Program-made: the position numbers and the translations under genes
Assembly (NCBI GenBank): GCA_051362555.1
Contig: CM120649.1
Location: 15,576,567 to 15,640,566 of the forward strand
Source: Lingula anatina
Taxonomy: Eukaryota; Animalia; Brachiopoda
Length of the DNA stretch: 64,000 bases
Reading direction: 5' to 3'
The notes under the pieces: generated by a model
What the model was told of the DNA's origin: nothing
The model's database searches: none
The model's input: only the letters and a program-made list of their open reading frames with translations
Shown: positions 1-11,925 of the stretch, in pieces
Layout of the letters: each line of letters begins with the position of its first letter
How positions within the stretch are numbered: position 1 is the stretch's first letter

Positions 1-3000
1 CCAGTTGATAAAACTTCTTCACGTGAAATCATGTGGGAAAGAAAATCAACCAGTCCCACGGGCAGTGAGTTAGAGACATTAGATGAAATGGCAGAATTGT
101 GTGGCCATAGCCCCCTTGCTTTAAAACTGCTAGCTGCATTACTTGATATGAAACCAACAGAAGCAGTTTTAGAGAAAATGAAGACTCAAAAGATATTATG
201 CACTCTTTCCATTCCCAGTATGCCAGACGAAATAAGATTTTGTTTTGATATTTCTTTTGAAACATTAGAACCCGAGACAAGAAAAGTGTTCCTTGCACTG
301 CATATATTCCCCGTTGCTTTTACTCTCAAAGAAGTCTCTGATATTTTAGGATTAGACCCAAATGATTGCGAACATGTCCTTGACAGCCTTGCCGACAAAT
401 CACTCATTAGTGCTGATAATTATATCTATGATATCCACCCCTTAGTTAGGGAATATGCAGAATTCAATGCCCAGAATTCTGACATTGACATTTTTGAAAT
501 TCAACGTGCCTATTGCAGTTATTATATAAAAGCTTTCAAAGTGCTTAAATTCAAAGATGTTGGTGCTTCAAAGACAAACATTTTGTCACATATAAAACAT
601 ACTGCTGCCTTACTTATCAAACATTTAGAAACCCAAGAGGTTTCTGAAAAACTTGAAACTACAGACAAATTAACAGGGATTGCAAACGCACTCTGTGAAT
701 TTTATCTATATAAAGATGCTCTAAACATAAGCAAGGTGGTGGCAAATGAAAGGGAGGTACTGCAAGGTCCCAAACACCCTGAAACTGCCTCTTTCTACAA
801 CAATATTGGCTGGGTACTGCAGGCTATGGGTGAGTATAAAGAGGCACTTGATTATCATAATAAAAGCCTGGCAATGCAAGAGGAGACACTTGGTCCCAAA
901 CACGCTGATACTGCCGACTCTTACGGCAATATTGGCGGCATACTATGGAAAATGGGTGAGTATAAAAAGGCGCTTGATTATCTCAAAAAATGTCTTGCAG
1001 TGAGAGAGGAGATACTCGGTCCCAAACACCCTGATACTGCCTCCACATACAACAATTTTGGAATTGTCCTGAGTGACATGGGTGAGTATCAAGCAGCGCT
1101 TGATTATCATAATAAATGTCTTGCAGTGAGAGAGGAGAAACTCGGTCCCAACCACCGTGATACTGTCTCCTCTTACAACAATATTGGAAATGTACTGCAA
1201 CCCATGGGTGAGTACAAAAAGGCACTTGATTGTTACAATAAATGTCTTGAAGTGAGAGAGAAGATGCTGGGCCCCAACCACCCTGATACTGCCGACTTCT
1301 ACAACAATATTGGTAGTGTGCTGCAAGACATGGGTGAGTATAAAAAGGCACTTGGTTTTTACAATAAATGTACTGCAGTGAGAGAGCAGTTCCTCGGCCC
1401 CAACCACCCTAATACCCTCGACTGCTACAACAATATGGGTAATGTACTGGCACACATGGGTGAGTATAAAAAGGCGCTTGATTCTTACAATAAATGTCTT
1501 GAAGGGAGAGAGAAGATGCTTGGCCCCAACCACCCCGCTACTGCGAACTCCTACAATAACATCGGTAGTGTACTGTCACGCATGGGTGAGTATACAAAGG
1601 CACTTAGTTTTTACAATAAATGTCTTGAAGTGAGAGAGCAGTTGCTCGGCCCCAACCACCCTAATACCCTCGACTGCTACAACAATATTGGCAATGTACT
1701 GGCACGCATGGGTGAGTATAAAAAGGCGCTTGATTATCACACAAAGTGTCTTGAAGTGAAAGAGGAGATACTGGGTCATAACCACCCTGCTACTGCCATC
1801 TGTTACAACAATATTGGTAGTGTCCTACAGGATATGGGTGAGTATAAAGAGGCACTTGACTCTTACAATAAATGTCTTGCAATAGAAGAAAAGATACTCA
1901 GCCCCAACCACCCTGATACCGCCACCTGCTACAACAATATTGGTGGTGTACTGCAGGCCATGGGTGAGTATAAAAAGGCGTTTGATTATTACCATAAATG
2001 TCTTTTAGTGAGAGAGGAGATATTTGGTACCAACCACCCTGATACTGCCTCCTCCTACAACAACATTGGGTTTGTGTACATAGTCATGGGTGAGTTTAAG
2101 GAGGCACTTGATTATTACAATAAATGCCTTGCAGTGAGAGAGGAGACACTGGGTACCAACCACCCTGGTACTGTCTCCTCCTACAACAACATTGGTAGTG
2201 TATTGCAGGGCCTGGGTGAGTTTAAAAAGGCTCTCGACTATTACAATAAATGCCTTGCAGTTAGAGAGAAGATTCTTGGTCCTAACCATCCTGATACCGC
2301 CTCCTCCTACAACAACATTGGTGGTGTACTGCAGGACCTGGGTGAGTTTAAAAAGGCACTTGAGGATTACAATAAATGCCTTACAGTTAGAGAGGAGATA
2401 CTTGGTCCCAACCACCCTGATACTGCCACCTGCTACAACAACATTGGTGGTGTACTGCAGGCCATGGGTAATTATCAAGAAGCGCTTGATTTTCATAATA
2501 AATGTCGTGCAGTTAGAGAGGAAAAACTCGGTCCCAACCACCGTGATACTGTTTCCTCTTACAACAATATTGGAAATGTACTGCAACTAATGGGTGAGTA
2601 CAAAAAGGCACTTGATTGTTACAATAAATGTCTTGAAGTGAGAGAGAAGATGCTTGGCCCCAACCATCCTGATACTGCCACCTCCTACAATAATATTGGT
2701 AGTGTGCTGCAAGACATGGGTGAGTATAAAAAGGCACTTGGTTTTTACAATAAATGTACTGCAGTGAGAGAGCAGTTCCTCGGCCCCAACCACCCTGATA
2801 CCCTCGACTGCTACAACAATATGGGTAATGTACTGGCACACATGGGTGAGTATAAAAAGGCGCTTGATTCTTACAATAAATGTCTTGAAGTGAGAGAGAA
2901 GATGCTTGGCCCCAACCACCCTGCTACTGCCACCTCCTACAATAATATCGGTAGTGTAATGTCACGCATGGGTGAGTATAAAAAGGCTCTTGGTTTTTAC

Positions 3001-4659
3001 AATAAATGTACTGCAGTGAGAGAGCAGTTGCTCGGCCCCAACCACCCTAATACCCTCGACTGCTACAACAATATTGGCAATGTACTGGCACGCATGGGTG
3101 AGTATAAAAAGGCGCTTGATTATCACAAAAAATGTCTTGCATTGAGAGAGGAGATGCTTGGCCCCAACCACCCCGCTACTGCCAACTCCTACAATAACAT
3201 CGGTAGTGTATTGCAGGACCTGGGTGAGTTTAAAGAGGCTCTCGACTATTACAATAAATGCCTTGCAGTGAAAGAGAAGATATTCGGCCCTAACCACCCT
3301 GATACTGCTACCTCCAACAGCAACATTGGTAGTGTACTGCAGGTCATGGGTGAGTATCAAGCAGCGCTTGATTATCATAAAAAATGTGTTGAAGTGAGAG
3401 AGGAGATACTCGGCCCCAGCCAACCGGATACTGCCAACTCCTACAGCAATATCGGATCTGTGCACAAAGCAATGGGTGAGTATCAAAAGGCACTTGACTA
3501 TTACAATAAATGCCTTGCAGCGAGAAAGGAGATACTGGGTCCCAACCACCCTGATACTGTCACCTGCTACAACGATATTGGTGGGGTACTATTGGAAATG
3601 GGTGAGTATAAAGAGGCGCTTGATTATCACAGTAAATGTCTTGCAATGAGAGAGGAGATACTCAGCCCCAACCACCCTGATACTATTAACTCTTACAACA
3701 TTATTTTCAATGTACTGATAGTAATGGGTGAGTATAAAAGGGCACTTGAATATATCAATAAATGCCTTTCAGTGAGAAAGGAGAAACTTGGTCCCAGCCA
3801 CCCTGACATTGCCTGCTCCTATCACAAAATTGGTGAGGTACTGCAATCAAAAGGTGAGTGTAAAGATGCGCGCGATTATTACAGTAAATGTCTTGAAGTG
3901 AGAGAGGAGATACTTGGTCCCAAACACCCTGATACTGCCAACTCCTACTTCAGTATTGGTGGGGTACTATTGGAAATGGGTGAGTATAAAGAGGCGCTTG
4001 ATTATCACAGTAAATGTCTTGCAATGAGAGAGGAGATACTCGGCCCCAACCACCCTGATACTATTAACTCTTACAACATTATTTCCAATGTACTGATAGT
4101 CATGGGTGAGCATAGAAGGGCAGTTGAATATATCAATAAATGCCTTTCAGTGAGAAAGGAGAAACTTGGTCCCAGCCACCCTGACATTGCCTGCTCCTAT
4201 CACAAAATTGGTGAGGTACTGCAATCAATAGGTGAGTATAAAGAGGCGCTTGATTATTACAGTAAATGTCTTGAAGTGAGAGAGGAGATATTTGGTCCCA
4301 ACCACCCTGATACTGCCAGTTCCTACTTCAGTATTGGTGGAGTTCTGCTATTCATGAATGAGTATAAAAAGGCGTTTAATAATTTCAAAAAATGCCGTGC
4401 AGTGAGAGAGGAGATACTTGGTCCCAACCACCCTGATACTGCCATCACAGTCCATATTTGTGATGTTGTATCTAAGCAAGTAAAAGTGCCATGGTGCACA
4501 ATAGTTAATTCATTGAAGCAGTCATATATATTCATATGCAGGTTGTTTTCCTCTCTCATACCCTTTGCCCAGGCAGACAGTTCCCTTATGTTTGTCTTCA
4601 TTGCCTCTCTGTTATCCATACTTTGTTGTACTCTTTACATTTACTCATCTCAATCCTAG
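1..4659 (+). CDS. STAND/NB-ARC-TPR receptor, copy A (5'-partial: end of NB-ARC/winged helix, 29 regular TPRs plus 1 degenerate, hydrophobic C-terminal tail)
   Basis: Frame is open from base 1 (PVDKTSSREIMWERK, matching paralogs B and C). GLPLA-like CGHSPLAL and MHD-like YDIHPLVREY motifs are present. MGEY-type motif recurs every 126 bp from 826 to 4354. The C-terminus reads SSLMFVFIASLLSILCCTLYIY. Walker A/B and the HEPN exon would lie upstream of the window. Confidence 0.92.
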   Translation, partial: PVDKTSSREIMWERKSTSPTGSELETLDEMAELCGHSPLALKLLAALLDMKPTEAVLEKMKTQKILCTLSIPSMPDEIRFCFDISFETLEPETRKVFLALHIFPVAFTLKEVSDILGLDPNDCEHVLDSLADKSLISADNYIYDIHPLVREYAEFNAQNSDIDIFEIQRAYCSYYIKAFKVLKFKDVGASKTNILSHIKHTAALLIKHLETQEVSEKLETTDKLTGIANALCEFYLYKDALNISKVVANEREVLQGPKHPETASFYNNIGWVLQAMGEYKEALDYHNKSLAMQEETLGPKHADTADSYGNIGGILWKMGEYKKALDYLKKCLAVREEILGPKHPDTASTYNNFGIVLSDMGEYQAALDYHNKCLAVREEKLGPNHRDTVSSYNNIGNVLQPMGEYKKALDCYNKCLEVREKMLGPNHPDTADFYNNIGSVLQDMGEYKKALGFYNKCTAVREQFLGPNHPNTLDCYNNMGNVLAHMGEYKKALDSYNKCLEGREKMLGPNHPATANSYNNIGSVLSRMGEYTKALSFYNKCLEVREQLLGPNHPNTLDCYNNIGNVLARMGEYKKALDYHTKCLEVKEEILGHNHPATAICYNNIGSVLQDMGEYKEALDSYNKCLAIEEKILSPNHPDTATCYNNIGGVLQAMGEYKKAFDYYHKCLLVREEIFGTNHPDTASSYNNIGFVYIVMGEFKEALDYYNKCLAVREETLGTNHPGTVSSYNNIGSVLQGLGEFKKALDYYNKCLAVREKILGPNHPDTASSYNNIGGVLQDLGEFKKALEDYNKCLTVREEILGPNHPDTATCYNNIGGVLQAMGNYQEALDFHNKCRAVREEKLGPNHRDTVSSYNNIGNVLQLMGEYKKALDCYNKCLEVREKMLGPNHPDTATSYNNIGSVLQDMGEYKKALGFYNKCTAVREQFLGPNHPDTLDCYNNMGNVLAHMGEYKKALDSYNKCLEVREKMLGPNHPATATSYNNIGSVMSRMGEYKKALGFYNKCTAVREQLLGPNHPNTLDCYNNIGNVLARMGEYKKALDYHKKCLALREEMLGPNHPATANSYNNIGSVLQDLGEFKEALDYYNKCLAVKEKIFGPNHPDTATSNSNIGSVLQVMGEYQAALDYHKKCVEVREEILGPSQPDTANSYSNIGSVHKAMGEYQKALDYYNKCLAARKEILGPNHPDTVTCYNDIGGVLLEMGEYKEALDYHSKCLAMREEILSPNHPDTINSYNIIFNVLIVMGEYKRALEYINKCLSVRKEKLGPSHPDIACSYHKIGEVLQSKGECKDARDYYSKCLEVREEILGPKHPDTANSYFSIGGVLLEMGEYKEALDYHSKCLAMREEILGPNHPDTINSYNIISNVLIVMGEHRRAVEYINKCLSVRKEKLGPSHPDIACSYHKIGEVLQSIGEYKEALDYYSKCLEVREEIFGPNHPDTASSYFSIGGVLLFMNEYKKAFNNFKKCRAVREEILGPNHPDTAITVHICDVVSKQVKVPWCTIVNSLKQSYIFICRLFSSLIPFAQADSSLMFVFIASLLSILCCTLYIYSSQS
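775..4443 (+). repeat. Coding tandem array of 126-bp TPR units (copy A)
   Basis: Exact 126-bp phase, consensus HPDTAxxYNNIGxVLxxMGEYKKALDYYNKCLAVREEILGPN. Higher-order duplications occur at offsets 1386 bp (~1135-1750 vs ~2521-3136) and 378 bp (~3577-3954 vs ~3955-4332). Confidence 0.95.
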
Positions 4660-6770
4660 GACTTACTATGAGTCCCAGCTCAGTCATTTACTGGTACTCC
4701 TTGTATTATCCATTTCATATTCTTTAACTACATCAAGGATGTCATTATCCAATACAAGCATAAGTCAAAGTCCATTGAAGTTTCATTTTCCTATTACTGT
4801 AGATTAAATTGACTGAGATTTAGGGAAATGAGGGCTGTGAAAGGTTTTACCAACATTCACCACTCAGATGTGCTGGATCAGTCAGGTACCTCCTTCCTCA
4901 GCTTGTCTCTTCACAACTTCTGGGGCTTCTTGGTTATTCCAATACTATCATGTCCATTGAGTTTTTCCCAATGTAGCATGATGCTTAATTATAAGCTTCA
5001 AGCCCTTAAGCCATCATTAGTAGGCTGGATTGCCATAGCAACTACCGTACAGTTGCTAGACAGGTTGTCGTGGCAGTGCAAGGTTCATTTTTGCAAAAAG
5101 AAGGCATGTTAGATGTAATCATGAGAGAAAGGTATTTGCATTATTTCTGTATAGATTAATTGTGTTCAGAGGAACTTGCATTTTTATTTTAAATTTGCTT
5201 ATTCATATTTTTTATTTTCTCTAAATGAGTTGCTCATTGGTAGCTGAGTTTCTCATTAGTGTGAACATTGGTGGAGAGGAGCTCCTCTCTCGTCAATCTT
5301 ATGATGTGTCACCTGTTCCATAAACCTGTTCTTGTAATTAATTTCAGTATTAACTTAAGAGAAGCAAGTCATTTTTAGTATATTATTTTGTACACACTGC
5401 GAGGCTACCACATTAGTTTGAACTAATTCCAAACTCCAATATTCGAGTGTAACACTGTCAGTGTAACATTTAATATAGATGAAAGCTGTTTGGTGAAATA
5501 TCTGAACATTTCCAAAATATTATTATGATTTTTTATTGGAGAACATGTTCTAGGTTAACCAATATTGTTGTCATTTTGAATACCAATTGTACACTTATTT
5601 CATAGTGGCACTTTTCAATACATGTACATGTGTATGTGCCAGCTATTGTTGTTTGTTTGCCATTATAGATAATAATATTTGACGTGCCAGATGTTCGTTA
5701 GTCATAAGGTTAAAGCTAAATAAATGCTGCTGTACTGAGAAAATGTTCTTATGTGTTACAGCGGGTAAAATACTCACATGAAACTCTTGTCAGAACAGAC
5801 CATACACTTGCATTTGCTTTGGTATATAAATATTTGATTATATATTATCTTACCAGTATTGCAGTTTCTAGATAACTGATGAGGAAACTGAAGAAAAGGA
5901 AATAAGGAAATAAGGCTTTCTGGCACTCTTCTATTGCTATTTAATTTGATGGCATTTGACAGTTCTGAACAGTTGGTTGAGAAATTGTTCTCGTAAAGAA
6001 AACAAATTAAATGATATTTTGCATTATCAAAATATGTTACATAGCTTTATTTCCAGATGACACTGTTGGGAACATGTCTCTTCGGTGTTCAAGAGCCTGC
6101 ATACCGGTATAATTTGATAGCATTTGACAGTTCTGAACAGTTAGTTGAGAAATTGTTCTCGTAAAAAAACAAATTAAATGATATTTTGCATTATCAAAAT
6201 ATGTTACATAGCTTTATTTCCAGTTGATAGTGGTGGAAACATTTCTCTTCGGTGTTCAAGAGCCTGCATACCGGCATTTGGTTGGTTGTTAGTACAGCAA
6301 ATCAACCAATTAGAGATAGCAATAATAACTTATGGGGCAGTTAGTGTTGCATATTGGATTTAAAATTCAGATGTAACTATATATATCATTGGTTGATTTT
6401 CTTCACCACATTGGTAACCATGGTTACAGTGTTTGTTTTATTAACATTATTTAAGACGCTGAGAATGATGAAAGGATTTTATACAATTAATAAAATTGTG
6501 ATATGAAAATATTCACTTGAAGAAGTGTACGATAATAACAATAATAATAATAATAATAATGGACTTTATACAAATAAGATGTATAACTATGAAACTGTTC
6601 TCTTGGAGAAATGTACGCTAGGAATAATGAATGGATTTTATACAATTAAGATGCATATGTTTTATGAAAATAAATACTTGGAGAAACGCACACTAAGAGT
6701 AATGGATATACTTTATACAATTAACATGCATATCTTTATAAAAATATTCACTTGTAGAAATATGCGACAT
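4550..6770. repeat. 3' flank of copy A, inverted homolog of ~19440-21520 (3' flank of copy C)
   Basis: 5581 taccaattgtacacttatttcatagtggcacttttcaatacatgtac is the reverse complement of ~20373-20419. ~6366-6409 matches the reverse complement of ~19668-19713. Confidence 0.85.
5942..6274. repeat. Tandem duplication, 2 x ~168 bp
   Basis: taatttgat.gcatttgacagttctgaacag...aagagcctgcataccgg occurs at 5942 and 6110. Confidence 0.9.
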
Positions 6771-8157
6771 GGGAAATGACAGCTCTAGAGATGTAAAGTA
6801 AACTGAAATAAACTTATCTTAACTTTTATTCAATATTTGACAGTGTTGCCTTTTAAACAGTACTTTGCACACACATTTTCTTCTCTTTGATCAATAATTC
6901 GTATACAATTAGGTAAGATAACTTTTCAGGAAAAAATTATCGCTAAAGGCTGGGTCACACTGCGCTTGCAACCTTTTGGCAACCTCTTTGCAACCACAAA
7001 ATCTGGTGGTCGCTTGCGATCACTTTGCGACCTAATTTGCATATTTTGATCGGCAAGCAGTTGCTAACCGGTTGCAACAAGGTTACAGTATGGTATCTGC
7101 AGCCTCTTACAGACAATCTTCAAGTCAGAGGTTATCAATCGCACACCGTTAGGCGAGCGATAAAAAACCTGTCAGCAACCACTTGGAGACTGAAAACCGG
7201 TTGCCGGACTGTAGCGATCGCTTGCCAACTGGTAGCAACAAGGTTGCACAGACTATATATATTTTATAAGTTGTGACGATAGCTACCTTCTCGTAAATTT
7301 CCCTCTCGGATGACAACAGAGGGAATATCTTAAATATTATTATACAATGATTGGATCCGTTCCGTAGCCGCTTCAAATGATTTAATATTTTGAATATTAA
7401 AGTATGATTCTGCTATGAGATTCTGTTATAACGTCACAGTCGATTTCTGTACTACCAATATTGTCAAACTTACAATAATAAATAAGAAATATATTTGTAC
7501 TATATATTGGCATTTATATCAAACCAGTGGTGTAATAAAACACATATTTGGATGTTTTTCAGCCTAATTAATGTAATAATAGGCATGCATAGTTTCTTTT
7601 TTCAATACTTGGGCTCTTCGAGGTCGCAAGCCCTGTGCAGTTACGGTCACACTGAACAAAAAACCTCCTTGCGACTTGCAACTGTCACCGGTTGCAGAAA
7701 GGTGGGCGACAAGTTGCAACAACTCGCAACGTGGTCTCCAAATGAACGCTGGGTTACTATCCGGTCGCGCCGGTTTTCGGTGCAGCACCGAAAACCTCCT
7801 GGCGACCGAAAAGCCTATTTGTGGTATCCAACTGGTTGCTAAAAGGTCGCCGACTGCTTAGCAACTGATTTGCGACCGATTGTGTGGTTTTCCCTTTGTC
7901 TTTGTAGCCCCAAGCGTTACACTTACAATACAACATCATTAAATAGTGAAGGATCCTGCGCGTCATCAATTTGTTTCCGTCCTTGTGGTACGAATTCTAA
8001 GTACTGGGAGGAAGTTAAATTTTGTATTTATTTGACCTTCTTTATATTGGTGACACTGTTTTATTGTTATAAAAATGCCTGAAAATTAAATTTATTGTAA
8101 AAAGTATGAATCAAACTTTGCTATTTACTTTTTTCTCTGCGCCCGCCTATTTGCTTA

Positions 8158-8378
8158 TACCCCCTTTACACTGGACGGCGTCCTTTCTGCGTCCTTTCTG
8201 CGACCATGAAATTTGGCATCGCTGTGGTCTTAATAAGGAGGCACGAGCATTAATTTTTTATCAGAATGAATACTCAATGATCAGCCAGTTGTCGGCACGT
8301 AAAATATTAAAAAATTTTAACTCTCATGGGGCCGGACTGCTGGACGCAGAAAGGACGCCGTCCAGTGTAAAGGGGCCC
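8158..8378. mobile_element. Small Harbinger-type MITE nested in the 6947-9957 element
   Basis: ~34-bp inverted repeats cccctttacactggacggcgtcctttctgcgtcc with TTA on both sides. The outermost 3 nt of the left end are mismatched. Confidence 0.7.
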
Positions 8379-8993
8379 TTAGTTTTTCTTCCATTGTGAC
8401 TTGGCAAATTAAAAAAGTAAGATATTTCCGGCTGCTTTAGTCATTAAAAATGTTTCCAGTAAATTTGACAACAATAGTTGTCAGAAAATAGCCATGATAT
8501 AGGAATGGATAAAAAGATAACAGTTTATCGTTTACATTGTGATCATCATTATTGATTGTTTTGGCACTTTTGTATTCCACTGATAACTGTATTTAAAAAT
8601 TATTATCAATAAACATTAAACAAAATTATCCATTTATTTCGACTCATTAAATGTTATACTCGGAAGCCAATTGATGCTACAAACTAAATGTTACACTAAG
8701 TAACAAAATATTTAATTATAATACTAATTGTTTTGACGCTTTTGTATTCCACTGATAACTGCATAGAAAAATAATTATCACTTCACGTTAAACAAACTAA
8801 ATTGTCTTTTACTTTTATTTTTCAAACTTTCAATTTATTTCGACTCAGTTAATTTTATACTTGGATGCCAATTGATGCTACAAACAAAACGTTGCACTTA
8901 ATAAAATAATATTTAATTATAAAACTATTCTTATCTTAGACTTTATCAATTACACTGTTTTTATGAGACTGCATTTTGTAACATGATAAATCA

Positions 8994-9287
8994 TCAATAA
9001 AAACTCCATGTGTGCCCTGGTGTCAAATGCTGAGAAGTGGACGCGGGAGTAGAAAAAGAAGAAGTGGGTGTTGGGATAGAGGGAATGGTTAAAGCCGAAG
9101 TGTTCAATGGAGAAGGAAAAGATGTGTTTACTTGAGGGTGTTGAGGAGTAAACAAAAATGTAGGCCTGTAACTGAGTTTCGCCTTTTGGTTGCGTGCTTT
9201 TAGAATTAAGTCCATGCTCTGTTGTTGAAATATCGCCCACTGTTGCTCAGATAGATTGTCAACTTCCGTAGCTAAATAGGGACTCAT
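8994..9287 (-). pseudogene. Possible remnant of the C-terminal (BESS-like) part of a Harbinger Myb/MADF accessory gene
   Basis: YLATEVDNLSEQQWAIFQQQSMDLILKAR followed by a P/S/T-rich tail, inside the Harbinger TIRs. The resemblance is by eye only. Confidence 0.4.
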
Positions 9288-11925
9288 ACATTTATTTATT
9301 TTATTGAAAAAAAAAAATACTTATGAAAACCTTGTAAATAAATTAAAAAAGATGACAACAAATACAATCTACGTTTTAATTGAGAAATAACGATTTTTGT
9401 CAAGATATTTAGAAGGCCTTAATGGCATTATATAAGAGAAAAAGATATTTATATATTTATTGGCCACCATCCTACGCTTATTTTATCACGGTTGCTTGCA
9501 ACCTTCTCGCGACATGTTTTCGAGTGCATGCGAGCTGTAAGAAACCTGTTAGAGACCAAGCGACTAAAGACCGTTAATCGACCATGAAGTTTCAACTGCA
9601 ACCTGCTGGCGACCTGCTGCCCACCGCTTGCAACCGGTTAGTAACCTGTTTGCAACTAAGCGAATAAAGACCGTCAATCGACCGTGCAGTTACAGGTGGT
9701 ATGCGACTGGTTTTAGTCTGGTTACAGCGACCTACTGGCAACCAAGAGGATACCTATAGGCAACCTCTCAGTTACCAATCGTTTTCACTATCAGTCGCAC
9801 TGGTTGTCGGTGCAAAAAAAATGGCCTTCGTGTGTCAACGATCGCAGGCGACCTGTTTGCAACCTAATGCGACCACTTTAAAACCTATGGCAACCTTCTT
9901 GCGACTGAGGTTGCAAAGAGGTTGCCAAAAGGTTGCAAGCGCAGTGTGACCCAGCCTTAAGTTGTTCTGGCGTATCCGTTTTGGCCGCATCCCCGTACAC
10001 ATTATTTCTGTATTTAATCTGTATAGTGGTTTGTTTAATGAAAAAAATGTGACACTAAATGGTATGTAGTATATGTACAGTAGTAACCTTTTAACATACT
10101 ACAAACTGGAGTCGTAGCTCTCTGAAATCAGATTCTGTATGGTCAAAAAAACATCCAAAGCTTTAAGCTTTATTATTTATATATTATAGCTTTAAGGGAG
10201 GAATGTAGGTTGGAGATTTTCTATTAATATAAAGGTCTTAGCCATTTTATTCCTGTCATATTCATTTAATGTATCTTCAAAACATCTAATTATGCTTGAA
10301 ACACAGCTCCAACTTTATCGTGTGACGTAATATTGGGATTTTGGGAACAAAAACACCATTTTCAAACACCTGATTTTCTCAGGCAACTGGACAGCTATAA
10401 ACATGCTTTTAATGGTATTATAACACTTGAACAAAGTACTAAGAAAGGCAGTCAGGGATTTTTCTTTAGAGACTTATTGTTGATTTTATCTATAAAAACG
10501 TGAAATTACATCAAAATATTAAGGAATTTTCACTTTCAAAATCAATAAAAAGAGAGGATCAATTAATTTTTTTAAAAAGCACTTGTAGTGCGTACTTTTC
10601 TTAATAAGCATGGCGAATTTGGTTAACACTAACAGTTATAGCTCGCTCCAATAACGCTCGTTAATCTTGAAAGCGAAGAAAACGAGCGAAAACCCTTTCA
10701 GAGAGGTTAATTGTCCAAAATAGCAAATTAAATTATTGACAGCTTTACCTGTTATCAAAACCAGTGTGTCGGAAAAGATACTTACTTATATTAGCGCTAT
10801 TCATAATCAAGAGCGATTATCAAAACGGAACAATAGGCAATGCTTTGCCGATCGCTGTTAATGACAAAGGGAGCATGACACGTTCCTGTTTTATTGTTTG
10901 GCGAGTCGTGCTGCTAAGGTCCTCCCACAGAGTTTACCCATGCCAACGGCCCTTGTCAACGAAGGCTGGACACAGACCACGCAGCATCAAAATCCTCGGA
11001 AGAACATATTGTTTGTACAAAATGTAAAAATGTTATTCCATTCAACGTTAGATACACATTACACCAATAATAAGACATAAAAAACCCAAAATGATAATTT
11101 TTAGCCGTATTTGGGTACATCCATCCGTTAAGAGGCTAGATCCATGCTACCGCGTGCCAATAAACCGTCCCCCGTAGCGAACTGCCCTTTTGTTCACTAG
11201 CTTGGCACATGCAGCTGATTGACACTTAAAGTGTTGCAAACAAACTGCTAGCTAAATTTGGTATCAGTTATTATTTCATTCAATTGTTTGTTTGATAAAC
11301 AAACATGAGCATCCGTATCATGCATCAGCATGAACAACAATTCACACTGTCTCAGAATTAACTTCTTACTGCAAATAGTATTTATAAGATATGTATGATA
11401 ATGGATGGGGAATAAGGAAAGAAACAGCAAATAGCATTTTAAAAAAGGAACAGTTTATGGCAAGATGTTAGAAGATGTTCTGAATATAAATTTGCATCAT
11501 CGCGACTTGTGTAAAAAATAATGATTAAAAGTAACAAAGAAAGCAACTTTATTAAAAAAAATATTTACAGAACAAGCTGAAGTGTAGCCTCAATTACTAA
11601 ATCAAGTAACATTTTATATAAAGTAATAGAACAAATCCTTAAAGGATAAATAATTTAAAGACTTGATAAATAAATTGATTAATTAACAAATAAATAAATG
11701 ATTTCAAGAATTGAATAAATAAATGATGATTATATTATTAAATGAATAAATCGCAGTAAATGATAAAATTGCTATAATATAAACAAAGAAATCACTTGTC
11801 AAAATCCAGAGTCTCGCCCCTCTCTTTCTATGACCACCAGCATCACTTTAAAGGTGTGATTAATGCACTTCACACATTTGTCTCTAATGACTGTCTGTCA
11901 AAAGCTCTAAATGCTGGTCACTTAA

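Larger units (their letters stand above)
6947..9957. mobile_element. Non-autonomous PIF/Harbinger DNA transposon
   Basis: Perfect 49-bp TIRs (aggctgggtcacactgcgcttgcaaccttttggcaacctctttgcaacc) flanked by a TAA TSD at 6944-6946 and 9958-9960. Subterminal regions are rich in gcaacc/gcgacc motifs. An internal ~180-bp tandem duplication lies at ~8555-8930. Confidence 0.9.

Noticed and set aside
721-3549. Many 60-200 aa antisense and alternate-frame ORFs over the TPR arrays (also 21991-24993)
   Set aside because: They are shadows of the 126-bp coding periodicity, interrupted by stops and without independent motifs.
31-4659. Naming the TPR genes NPHP3 or kinesin light chain
   Set aside because: The 42-aa TPR type is shared, but the HEPN/NB-ARC architecture and single-exon arrays indicate a lineage-specific STAND family. 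No symbol was assigned.
5874-5900. Other CTGATGA occurrences (5876; minus strand at ~15808 and ~27056) as hammerheads
   Set aside because: No stem II plus GAAA and no stem I/III pairing.
10192-10760. Possible left end of another TTAA/RR transposon (ttaagggaggaatgtagg)
   Set aside because: No matching right TIR was found by eye, so it cannot be delimited.
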